Under the pieces are notes generated by a model, which saw only the letters and a list, made by a program, of their open reading frames with translations, searched no databases and had not been told where the DNA came from. This document shows, one piece after another, positions 1 to 8,392 of a stretch of 29,774 bases of DNA; the first letter of the stretch is position 1; each line of letters opens with the position of its first letter. Position numbers and translations under genes: made by a program. The DNA comes from Phycisphaeraceae bacterium (GTDB lineage Bacteria > Planctomycetota > Phycisphaerae > Phycisphaerales > Zrk34): assembly GCA_040905565.1 (NCBI GenBank), contig JBBDRF010000055.1:1-29774 (forward strand). The letters run 5' to 3'.

Positions 1-2
1 TT

Positions 3-956
3 CATGTCTGCTACTGCCCCGAGCGGGTGCTGCCCGGCAACACCGTCGCGGAACTGGTCAACAACGACCGCGTCATCGGCGGCATCACCCCCGAATGCGC
101 CCAGCGAGCCGCCGAAATCTACGCCCGCTTCTCCCAAGGCAAAATGGCGCTGACCGACGATCGCACCGCCGAGATGGTCAAGCTGATGGAGAACACCTAC
201 CGCGACGTCAACATCGCCCTGGCGAACCTCTTCGGGCGCGTCGCCGAGGACGTCGGCATCAACGCCTGGGAAGCCATCGAATACGCCAACCGCCATCCCC
301 GCGTCAACGTCCTCTCGCCCGGCCCCGGCGTCGGCGGCCACTGCATCCCGGTCGATCCGTGGTTCCTCGCCGAATCCTTCCCCGACCACGCCGGCCTCCT
401 GCTCCAGGCTCGGCAGATCAACGACTCCCAGCCCGCCCGCGTCCTCGAGCGCCTCTTCGCCGTCGGTCCCCTCAACAAGGGCGACAAAATCGCCATTCTC
501 GGTGCCGCCTACAAAGCCGACATCGACGATCCGCGCGAAAGCCCGACCGCTCACCTCGTCGAAGCAGCCGAGCAGCAGGGGCTTACGGTTTCGGTGCACG
601 ATCCGCTCGTCGCCGCTGGGAAGTGGGGGGGCATGGAGATCATCAACGATCTCGACGCCGCCCTCGAGGGTGCCGCCGCCGTCGTCCTCATGACCAACCA
701 CAAAGCCTACCGCAGCCTCAGTGCCCGCAACCTCTCCGCAAAAATGGTCGGCACCCTCGTCGCCGATACGCGCAACTGGCTTAATCACGCAGCTTTGCGT
801 CGATCAGGCTTCACCGTCCTCGAAGTCGGCAAAGGCGAAGGCACCAGCTGGAGCTTCGATACCCGCCCCGACCAGGTCGAATGGTCCGTAGGCCCCACCG
901 CCGTCAACGGCCGCCGCACCGCACCCACACCCCTCCCAAGCGAGCGGGAAGCGTAA
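3..956 (+). CDS. Nucleotide-sugar dehydrogenase (UDP-ManNAc/UDP-GlcNAc dehydrogenase, WecC/WbpA-like), 5'-truncated
   Basis: Frame is open from the window edge (HVCYCPERVLPG). Motifs AEMVKLMENTYRDVNIA, catalytic PGPGVGGHCIPVDP and GAAYKADIDDPRESP. Confidence 0.9.
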   Translation, partial: HVCYCPERVLPGNTVAELVNNDRVIGGITPECAQRAAEIYARFSQGKMALTDDRTAEMVKLMENTYRDVNIALANLFGRVAEDVGINAWEAIEYANRHPRVNVLSPGPGVGGHCIPVDPWFLAESFPDHAGLLLQARQINDSQPARVLERLFAVGPLNKGDKIAILGAAYKADIDDPRESPTAHLVEAAEQQGLTVSVHDPLVAAGKWGGMEIINDLDAALEGAAAVVLMTNHKAYRSLSARNLSAKMVGTLVADTRNWLNHAALRRSGFTVLEVGKGEGTSWSFDTRPDQVEWSVGPTAVNGRRTAPTPLPSEREA

Positions 957-1267
957 GCGACCGTCCAGCATAACCTTCAGCAACCCCACGCGCCGTTAAA
1001 AAACGGAAGTGCTCCACGCTGCGCGCCCTAAAATTCGCCATCGGAACTTCGTCTCTCGAATTTCTCCCAAGTTATCTATTTTTCCCCATTTCGCTTACAC
1101 CAAGTTCACGCAAGAGCGCGTCATCCCGAAGCTCTCGGTGACCCGTGTAACTCCGGAAACGGCCCAACACTGCCGTGTGGGCCTATTCCCGACAATAACT
1201 GAAGTTGCATCCGCCGCCTCAACCTCCGACGTAAACTTTAAATTATCGGCCAACGAGAAAAGAAAAC

Positions 1268-1295
1268 TTGACCGCACGATTACATGGTGTATCTT
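1268..1295 (+). promoter_or_regulatory. Candidate sigma70-type promoter for the PEP-CTERM-like gene
   Basis: TTGACC (1268-1273), 16-nt spacer, TATCTT (1290-1295) within an AT-richer intergenic region. Confidence 0.45.
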
Positions 1296-1527
1296 TGGTG
1301 TAACGTCAACAGCGGCGTTTCGACCCACCAGCGTCCAACCGGACGTGTCCAGGGGATCGAGACAGCAAGATGACCGGGAGTTCCGCTATAGGAAGATGCC
1401 CAGCGTACAATCGCAACCGTCTCACCGGCCCCTGATCCGGCGAAGACATCAACGCAAAGACAGGCACGGTCGTTTCCGTGCCAACAATAAACCGTCCGGG
1501 ATGGTTTTTCACAGAGGGATGATTAGC

Positions 1528-2451
1528 ATGACTATCAGCAAACGTTTCACAGGCTTCGCAGTAGCGGCAGCCGCAACCTTCGCCCTGACCGCCGCCCCGG
1601 CGCTCGGCGCCAACGCGAATTCCGTGATCTCGGGATTGGTCAATGAGGGCTTGACGACCACAGGCAATGACGCGGTCAAGATTGGCCTACGTGACCAGAC
1701 TTGGACCTTTGCGCCGCCTGAAGGCTCCTCGGAAGTCACCGGCGGTGCGTCGGAACTCGGCGAAGGAGAATTGGTTCAAGCAATGTTCCGCATTGAGCAG
1801 ACCGGTTGGTCCACTGGCTCACGCCTCGATCCCGCACCTGGCAGCTTCGACGGCAGCGGGTCGCAGAATGTTGAGGACTACGGCATCTTCGGCACGTTGT
1901 CTGCTCGTGTCGTCAGTGCTTGGGACGGATCCAATAGAATCGAACTGGATACCGTCAGCGTCAATGTCCGTACGATTGATAACGCGAATGCCCCGACAGT
2001 TGACACGAGTGACGACTATACCTCGGCGTCGACTAAATTCACTACGCTTGGAGATTTCGCGATCTCCTTCTTCGACGACATTGACGATTTTTACCGTCTG
2101 AAGGTCGATACGGATGCCAGCTCCAATACATTCGGCAAAGTCATCGGCTTCGAATTTGGGCTGACGCTCGATCAGCAGGATTCGCTTCCCCCGGTCGTTG
2201 CCCGTGATCTGGCGTTGGGCGGCTCGATTGTTGGTCAGTTTGACATCTTCGGTGAGGGAACCTTCTCCTACGATGGGCTCAGCGGCGATGCGGAGGTGCT
2301 TACGGGTGCCGACGGAAGTCGCTTCCACACCGGCAACGCAAACTTCTCCACCTTCATGACCCCGACCCCCGCCGCGGCTGGGCCTGGGCTCATCGCTCTC
2401 GGGCTGCTCGCTGCCTACCGTCGCCGTCGCGACGCGGCCGAAATGGCCTGA
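1528..2451 (+). CDS. Secreted surface protein with variant PEP-CTERM-type C-terminal sorting signal
   Basis: Start reassigned from 1009 to ATG 1528 (AGAGGG at 1513-1518). Signal peptide MTISKRFTGFAVAAAATFALTAAPALG, G/S/T/D-rich body, and tail TPTPAAAGPGLIALGLLAAYRRRR (Pro motif, hydrophobic helix, Arg cluster). Confidence 0.8.
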   Translation: MTISKRFTGFAVAAAATFALTAAPALGANANSVISGLVNEGLTTTGNDAVKIGLRDQTWTFAPPEGSSEVTGGASELGEGELVQAMFRIEQTGWSTGSRLDPAPGSFDGSGSQNVEDYGIFGTLSARVVSAWDGSNRIELDTVSVNVRTIDNANAPTVDTSDDYTSASTKFTTLGDFAISFFDDIDDFYRLKVDTDASSNTFGKVIGFEFGLTLDQQDSLPPVVARDLALGGSIVGQFDIFGEGTFSYDGLSGDAEVLTGADGSRFHTGNANFSTFMTPTPAAAGPGLIALGLLAAYRRRRDAAEMA

Positions 2452-2480
2452 TCGATTCAATCGACATCTAAGATCGTTAC

Positions 2481-2514
2481 CAGCGGGGGTCCTTCGGGAC
2501 CCCCGCTGTCTTTT
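2481..2514 (+). terminator. Rho-independent terminator
   Basis: Perfect 12-bp stem CAGCGGGGGTCC/GGACCCCCGCTG with TTCG loop, followed by TCTTTT, 30 nt after the stop codon. Confidence 0.85.
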
Positions 2515-2542
2515 GCGCCTCGCAAAGCCCGCCAAGCGCGCC

Positions 2543-2570
2543 GAAGCCCACGGCGTCACGCCGTGGGTTC
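2543..2570. repeat. Single REP-like palindrome
   Basis: GAAG-CCCACGGCG-TCA-CGCCGTGGG-TTC, a 9-bp perfect stem. One copy in the window. Confidence 0.4.
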
Positions 2571-2725
2571 CCGAGCCGCCGCACACCCACAATCTGCCGG
2601 CCACCCCGCACCCGACTGCCCCACCCGCACGCCCCGTTCGCACCAGCCCGCTCACCGAGTAAGATGCGAAACGCCGTCATCGGATCCGGGGCCGTCGAAC
2701 TCAACAACCGCAGGAACCACACTGG

Positions 2726-3835
2726 ATGGCGGATCAGCCGACGCAAACGCAGACGACGGTGACCCACCAGCCGCCCCCCCAGGCTGGGCCATCCTTCTAT
2801 CGCCTCGCAGCCGTCATCTTCTGCCTGATCGCCATCGGCTGGACCACGTTCCTCGCCGTGCAACACGCATGGTGGCTGCTGGCGGTCGGCATGCCCCCGC
2901 TCGGCCTCGCGATCGCGCTCGCCTTGCCCCGAGGCCCGCGCCGGTGGTCGCGGAAGATCGCATGTGCGGGACTCGTTCTTGTGAGCCTGCCGCCGCTTGC
3001 GTTGTGGGCCTATCAGGCCGCCATGCTCTACAGCCCAAGGCCCGAGCCCGCCCAACAGATGCTCTTCCAGGGCGTGCAATACATCCGCGAGGTCGTCGAC
3101 GTTCCCCAGCCCGCCGTCGTGCACATCGTAAAGATCGATCTCACAGCCGAAGGCGTGGAAGTGCTCGTCACCCCCCCCGATTTCCCGGACGAGGAACTGG
3201 CTTTCAAAGCCCGCACCACCTCAGCATTCCTCCGCGAGTTCGACTTGCAGATCGCGATCAATGCGGGCCACTTCCATCCCTTTCGCAAGACGCCGATCTG
3301 GGAGTTTTACCCGTTGCCGGGCGACCCGGTCGGCGTGCTCGGCGCGAGTGTGTCACGTGGCCAAGTCTATGCCGAGCCGCGACGGCACTTCCCGATGCTC
3401 GACGTCAGCGTCGACGGGCGTGCGGTCATCGCCGAGCATCCTCCCGAGCCGTTCTACAATGCGGTCACAGGCATTAAGCGTTTTCGTGCGGACGCACAGC
3501 CGCACCGCCCGGCGCGGCCGGAGGATGCGCGCGCCCGTTCAGCGGTGTACCTCGATGAGACCGGAAGCACGCTGTTTCTGGTCGCCGTCGACGGTGGCCA
3601 GGCCCCGTACAGCGTCGGGATCGACCGCCCCGCATTATCGCGGATCATGTTGAAGCATGGCGCATATGAAGGCATGGCGCTCGACGCAGGCGGCTCGTCC
3701 ACGCTAGTGATGCAGGGAACCAGCGGCCGGCCGTCGAAGCTCAACCGGCCGGTGAATCTGGTGCCGCGTCTGGAACGGCCCGTCGGCACGCACATCGGCA
3801 TCTACGCGAAGCCGCTGAATCCTGAACCGCGATGA
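2726..3835 (+). CDS. Membrane-anchored phosphodiester glycosidase (NAGPA family) protein
   Basis: About three N-terminal hydrophobic helices. NAGPA-like motifs AINAGHF, ARARSAV, VAVDGGQAPYSVG, MALDAGGSSTL and ERPV. Confidence 0.8.
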   Translation: MADQPTQTQTTVTHQPPPQAGPSFYRLAAVIFCLIAIGWTTFLAVQHAWWLLAVGMPPLGLAIALALPRGPRRWSRKIACAGLVLVSLPPLALWAYQAAMLYSPRPEPAQQMLFQGVQYIREVVDVPQPAVVHIVKIDLTAEGVEVLVTPPDFPDEELAFKARTTSAFLREFDLQIAINAGHFHPFRKTPIWEFYPLPGDPVGVLGASVSRGQVYAEPRRHFPMLDVSVDGRAVIAEHPPEPFYNAVTGIKRFRADAQPHRPARPEDARARSAVYLDETGSTLFLVAVDGGQAPYSVGIDRPALSRIMLKHGAYEGMALDAGGSSTLVMQGTSGRPSKLNRPVNLVPRLERPVGTHIGIYAKPLNPEPR

Positions 3836-3844
3836 CACAGCTGG

Positions 3845-3877
3845 AATACGAGCCGCGACCGTAAGGGAGCGGTTGTG
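3845..3877 (+). repeat. REP-like repeat family A, copy 1
   Basis: AATACGAGCCGCGACCGTAAGGGAGCGGTTGTG, 32/33 identical to 16476-16508. Confidence 0.85.
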
Positions 3878-3981
3878 TCCAGATCACTTGTGAATGTGAA
3901 AGGGGTGGAACTGCTGCTTGGGATGCAGGTGTTTTCGCAGCGGTCGTTCGGTCGCGACGGGTCGTCACGATGCGCCGGGGC

Positions 3982-4017
3982 CGAACGCACAACCGCTTAA
4001 TTACGTGCGCGGCTCGT
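3982..4017 (-). repeat. REP-like repeat family A, copy 2 (inverted relative to copy 1)
   Basis: Reverse complement ACGAGCCGCGCACGTAATTAAGCGGTTGTGCGTTCG has the same flanks as 16479-16514 and differs only in the inner hairpin. Confidence 0.75.
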
Positions 4018-4058
4018 TGCTAACGGTGGGCCTCGTCACCCAGAACCTGCCGCCTCAC

Positions 4059-6152
4059 CTACTCAGCCTTGCTGCGCCGGGTCACGCGTCCGATCGGGTC
4101 ACCGGGCCCTTCGTACTCGTAATGCAGGATCGTGTCGCCCGGCTGTTCGACCAGCTGCGGCGGCTCGCCCTCACCCTGAGGTTCGGCTACATATTCCACG
4201 GTGCGGGCACGCTTGGGGCGATTGCGTTCGTCGGTTTCGATCACCCGCGCCCCGTCACGTGTGAAGCGAGCGCGCTGCTCCCCGCGCACGCGTGTCCAGC
4301 CCAGCAGCCGACCGTTGCCGTCGTAAAAGTATTCGTCCGCCCAGTCCTTCGGCAGCGCCAGTGCCGGATCGCTATAGCGCCGGCCGACCAGCGAATCGGC
4401 ATAGTCGATGCGCTGAATACGTCCGTTCTCATAGCTTCGCCGTTGGTCCGGCAGGAAGTAGATACTCACGAACGCGGGAGCCGAATAGTGATGCCCGTTG
4501 TGCGCGAACACGCCGATGTCGACGCGATGCGAAGAGATGTCGCTGCGTCGTGAAACTCTGCCTCGCCCGTGGTAAGGCACCTCGATCTCGGCAACCGTGC
4601 CCGCATCATTGCGAGGCGTGATCGTGATCGCTTCCGCATCGCCCCGCAGCACCACCCACTCCAGCGTCAGCGGATGGTCGTTCAGATCAACCGTGCCCTC
4701 AGCACTGATGACCATGCGCTTGGTATGCTCGCTGGTCCTGAAGATGCGGGCGATCGCAGCGGGTGTGTCGAACAGCCGTTCGCGCGGGGCCCGGGCGAAG
4801 TAGTCCCGGCCGAGCTTGCCCAGCGTCTCCTCCGCCACCTTCAGCTGCACCATGGGTGGCAGCTGGTCCAGACGCATCGCCTGCGCCATCTCCACCATCG
4901 CCTTCACGTCCAGCTGTCCATCGCGAAAGACCGACGGGTGAGCCTCGCCCGTCAGGTAATCCTCGGGATTGCGGACCTGCGTATTGCAGCGACGGAAGAT
5001 CATCTGCACCGTCGGCATCAGCAGTCCCGCCTGCGCCAGCCGCCGCTTCACCTGCGGGTCGAACGCCGCCAGTGTCGAAGCCACCGCCCGAAGAAACGGC
5101 TGATCCGACCCGGACGATCCCTGCGAGATGATCATGTAAGGCGTGTTGGCGGGGAACAGGTCGCCGTCCTGCGTGCGATGGTCGTGGTGGCTGGGGTAAA
5201 CGTACAGATGGCCCTGCGTGTACTGCTGGTAAGCCGTCTGCATGCCCCCCGTCTGCGTCATCAACAGCCGCGGAAGACTTCGCCAGAAGACCGGATCGTT
5301 CACCGCCATCGACGAATTGCCGAGCGTGATGTGATTGAAAAGGAAGTGCCGTTGTGCGCTGATCTCAAGGCGGCGATTTCGCGCTTCGCCGCTGTACTCC
5401 AGGTGCGTCAGCTGCGGGAACATCTCCCGGCTCAGCCGCGAATGACCACGATCACGATTGTCATAAAGGTCGCCATGGTTCCCCGCTGCCTTGCCCAGTG
5501 CGTACCAGCGGTTGAGCAGATCGGCCACGGGATCATCGTCATCCTCGTCAGTCTGCCTCACAGTGTTGCGGTCGGCCGGCAGAGCCTCAGGGAACCGGAA
5601 GTAGCTGCGCATCGTCGGCTGCAACGGCTCAGCGGTCGTGTTCGCCTCACCGATCACCGCTTTGCCCGCGTCGGCCTCGGCGGGCGTTACCGTTTCGGGC
5701 GGCTCGATCAACGGCAGGTAGGGCGAGTCCGACTGCCGCAACGCCTGGGCGGCCCGGACCACCGCAACGAACGCGGGGTCATTGTGCAGTGACCGCAGGT
5801 GAGGATCGGTGGCGAATTGTCGGGCCTCGAAAAAACCCCGCGCCACCGCCTGCTCCAACTGTTCGATCGCCGCAGTCGACTCATCCTGCCGAGCCAGCGC
5901 CCGGGCCAGCAGGTAGTACGGCGTCGCGCTGCGCGGGATCAACTCGATGAGTTCGCGGGCTTCACGCTCAGCTTCGCCGAATTTTTCTTCCCCCATCAGC
6001 CTCTGCACGCGCAGCGTTCTGGGACGCAGTTCGGCGATTTCTCGCACATCGAACACCGACGTCGGCTCCGCCGTCCACCCCGGCTCGGCCCCCAAGGCGC
6101 CCACCAGAACAAGCAGCGTCACACGCACAATCGAACGCAAATTCGGACTCAT
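4059..6152 (-). CDS. Secreted hypothetical protein with N-terminal TPR-like region (697 aa)
   Basis: Start moved to ATG 6152 (MSPNLRSIVRVTLLVLVGALGA, signal-like). TPR-like YYLLARALARQDESTAAIEQLEQAVARGF...DPHLRSLHNDPAF. The remaining ~550 aa are not recognised. Confidence 0.75.
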   Translation of the reverse strand: MSPNLRSIVRVTLLVLVGALGAEPGWTAEPTSVFDVREIAELRPRTLRVQRLMGEEKFGEAEREARELIELIPRSATPYYLLARALARQDESTAAIEQLEQAVARGFFEARQFATDPHLRSLHNDPAFVAVVRAAQALRQSDSPYLPLIEPPETVTPAEADAGKAVIGEANTTAEPLQPTMRSYFRFPEALPADRNTVRQTDEDDDDPVADLLNRWYALGKAAGNHGDLYDNRDRGHSRLSREMFPQLTHLEYSGEARNRRLEISAQRHFLFNHITLGNSSMAVNDPVFWRSLPRLLMTQTGGMQTAYQQYTQGHLYVYPSHHDHRTQDGDLFPANTPYMIISQGSSGSDQPFLRAVASTLAAFDPQVKRRLAQAGLLMPTVQMIFRRCNTQVRNPEDYLTGEAHPSVFRDGQLDVKAMVEMAQAMRLDQLPPMVQLKVAEETLGKLGRDYFARAPRERLFDTPAAIARIFRTSEHTKRMVISAEGTVDLNDHPLTLEWVVLRGDAEAITITPRNDAGTVAEIEVPYHGRGRVSRRSDISSHRVDIGVFAHNGHHYSAPAFVSIYFLPDQRRSYENGRIQRIDYADSLVGRRYSDPALALPKDWADEYFYDGNGRLLGWTRVRGEQRARFTRDGARVIETDERNRPKRARTVEYVAEPQGEGEPPQLVEQPGDTILHYEYEGPGDPIGRVTRRSKAE

Positions 6153-6256
6153 CACAGCATCCACAGAACAGGCAGCGTCATCGTTCACATCAACGTCATC
6201 AAGCTTAGCAGCACCGCCCGGTCGACGACACCGCAAGCCGATCCGCCGCCGCGCAT

Positions 6257-6308
6257 TTGGCAGCTAGCTTCAACCCCGTACAATGCACAGCCACATGGCA
6301 CGAAGGAG
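6257..6308 (+). promoter_or_regulatory. Candidate sigma70-type promoter and RBS
   Basis: TTGGCA (6257-6262), 16-nt spacer, TACAAT (6279-6284). AAGGAG at 6303-6308. Confidence 0.5.
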
Positions 6309-6311
6309 TAG

Positions 6312-6695
6312 ATGATGCCGACTGCAGCAAAATGGATGGTAGGTTACGGATTCTTTCTCATCGCTTGCGGACTCGCAGCATGGGCGATCGCGGGCTTCGA
6401 AAGCCGCGCCGTCACCGCGATCATCGTCGGTGGCGCCACGGGGACCATTGCGATCCTCATGGGCATCCTTTCCGCCGCCAACAACCACAAGATCATGATG
6501 GTCGGCATCCATCTGGGCATGGCGGTCATCGGCCTCTTCGCGATCCTCTTCGGCGTCGTCGCCGGCCGCCGCTGGGTCGATGAGGACGCGCCGATGTACC
6601 TGCCCGTCACCATCTCCGTCATGGCGCTCGGCAGCGTCGTCGCGCTGATCATGGTCATCCGCCAACGTCCCGCCAAGAAAGATCGTGGCGCGTGA
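6312..6695 (+). CDS. Small 4-TM membrane protein (TMEM14-like)
   Basis: Four Gly/Ala-rich hydrophobic helices, basic C-terminus and strong RBS. The true start may be the second ATG at 6315. Family assignment is tentative. Confidence 0.7.
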   Translation: MMPTAAKWMVGYGFFLIACGLAAWAIAGFESRAVTAIIVGGATGTIAILMGILSAANNHKIMMVGIHLGMAVIGLFAILFGVVAGRRWVDEDAPMYLPVTISVMALGSVVALIMVIRQRPAKKDRGA

Positions 6696-6727
6696 TCACA
6701 GGCGATGCATGCATGTGGGCCGCACCG

Positions 6728-8392
6728 TCACCTCTCTTCCCAGGTTTCAATCTGCACGTCGTCGGTTGATGGTGAAGACGCTTGGTCGGCAAGAAACTCG
6801 GCGAAGCGGCGATAGCGAAGATAGTGCGACTGGTACTGCGCGTGACGGTCGGCATCCGGCTGAACGATCATGGCAGCGTCGCCCGTGACGGGGGCGGACA
6901 TCGTCGCAACGGCCTCGCGTGCGTCGGCAAAGCCCGTTCGCTCAGTACCCGCAGCGACAGCGCCGAGCATGGCCGCCCCAAGTGCCGGGCCGTGCGTCGA
7001 GGCGAGCACCTTGATCGGCTCGCCCAGCACGTCGGCGTAAATCTGCACCAGCAGCGGATTGTGGAACGGCAGTCCGCCCGTCGCCACGAATCGATCCACC
7101 GCCACCCCGGCCTCTCGCAGCAACTCAACAATCCAGCGCAACCCGTAGGCCGACCCCTCCAGCGCCGCCCGGTACAGATGGTCTGGGCCGTGATTCAGCG
7201 TCAGCCCGAACCAGCCGCCGCGGAGCGAACCGTCCATCAACGGCGTGCGGCAACCGTTGAACCAATCGATGCATAGCACCCCGTCCGACCCCGGATCCAG
7301 CGCGGCAGCGGCTTTATCAAGCGTCGCAAAATCCGCCTCGCCCAGCGTCCGACGCACCCAGTCAAACGCGTCGCCGACGGCCGCCTGGCCGGTCTCGTAC
7401 CCGTAAAGCCCGCCGATGATGCCGTCCTTCACAATCCCCGCGACGCCCGGCACGTCCTGCCCCGTCTCATCGTTGAGCATGTGACAACTGCTCGTCCCCA
7501 TCACCATCACCAGCACGCCCGGCTCCGCGGCCCCGGCACCAAGCACGCCGGCGTGTGCGTCAATAATGGCGGCACTCACAGCCGTCCCCGCCTGCAGCCC
7601 AATCCGCTCAGCCATCTCAGCGGAAAGCCCGCCCACACGCTCGCCGGGAGCACAGTGCCGACCCGGCATCTTCGCCGTGACCACATCACCGAGTTTCGGA
7701 TGCAGCGCCGCGAGGAAGTCCTCATCGGGGTAGCCCACGTCGGCGCTCCACATCGCTTTGTAGCCGGCCTGGCAGGTCGAGCGCGGCAGCTTGGAAGCTT
7801 CGCCACCAATCAACTGCCAAACGAACCAGTCGCCCGCTTCGAGCCAGACGTCGGCCGCGTCGTAGACCGCTTCATCCTGCTCAAGCGTTTCAAGGATCTT
7901 CGGGAAAAGCCATTCCAGCCCGACCACACCGCCGTACCGATTCAGCCAGGGTTCACGCCGTTCACGGGCGAGGGCGTTGATGCGATCGGTCTGAGCCGTC
8001 GCGGCGTGGTGCTTCCATAGCTTCGGCCAGGCGTACATGCGGTCCGCCCAGTCGTCGATCATGCACAGCGGCGTGCCGTCGGCCCGGGCGGGCAGCATGG
8101 TACAACTGGTGAAATCGACGCCGATACCGATCACCTGCTCGGCCGTGACGCCCGCCTCCGCCATCGCTTTTTGAACGGCCTCGGCCGCGGCATCGAGCCA
8201 GTCGGCGGGATGCTGAAGGGCGAAGTCGGCCGGGAGCGATTCACCCGTCACGGGCAGTGTGCGCGTGATCTGCCCATGCGGGTAGGGGACGGCCGCGACG
8301 CCGTGCTCGCGCCCGGCGAGATCCACCAGCAGGGCGCGCACCGATTCGGTGCCGAAGTCCAGCCCAAGCGTGACGGTTGTAGGCTCAGCCAT
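6728..8392 (-). CDS. araB: Ribulokinase (FGGY carbohydrate kinase)
   Basis: Start ATG 8392 with GGAG RBS. Motifs LGLDFGTESVRA, QHPADW, GIGVDFTSCT, KLWKHHAA, IIDAHAG, MGTSSCH, ETGQAAVGD, DWFNGCRTP and GGLP. Confidence 0.85.
   Translation of the reverse strand: MAEPTTVTLGLDFGTESVRALLVDLAGREHGVAAVPYPHGQITRTLPVTGESLPADFALQHPADWLDAAAEAVQKAMAEAGVTAEQVIGIGVDFTSCTMLPARADGTPLCMIDDWADRMYAWPKLWKHHAATAQTDRINALARERREPWLNRYGGVVGLEWLFPKILETLEQDEAVYDAADVWLEAGDWFVWQLIGGEASKLPRSTCQAGYKAMWSADVGYPDEDFLAALHPKLGDVVTAKMPGRHCAPGERVGGLSAEMAERIGLQAGTAVSAAIIDAHAGVLGAGAAEPGVLVMVMGTSSCHMLNDETGQDVPGVAGIVKDGIIGGLYGYETGQAAVGDAFDWVRRTLGEADFATLDKAAAALDPGSDGVLCIDWFNGCRTPLMDGSLRGGWFGLTLNHGPDHLYRAALEGSAYGLRWIVELLREAGVAVDRFVATGGLPFHNPLLVQIYADVLGEPIKVLASTHGPALGAAMLGAVAAGTERTGFADAREAVATMSAPVTGDAAMIVQPDADRHAQYQSHYLRYRRFAEFLADQASSPSTDDVQIETWEER

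Noticed and set aside
1009..1527. 173-aa N-terminal extension of the CTERM protein
   Set aside because: The signal peptide and RBS point to 1528. The extension is compositionally atypical and contains a promoter-like element.
1300..1527. c-di-GMP riboswitch or sigma54 promoter upstream of the CTERM gene
   Set aside because: ACGCAAAG is present but the GGCAAAC/GAAA P1-P2 pattern is missing. GGCACG lacks the -12 GC.
4569..5792. 407-aa plus-strand ORF and similar antisense ORFs (12441-13712, 17603-18643, 26733-27770, 28100-29293)
   Set aside because: Antisense shadows of better-supported genes in high-GC DNA.
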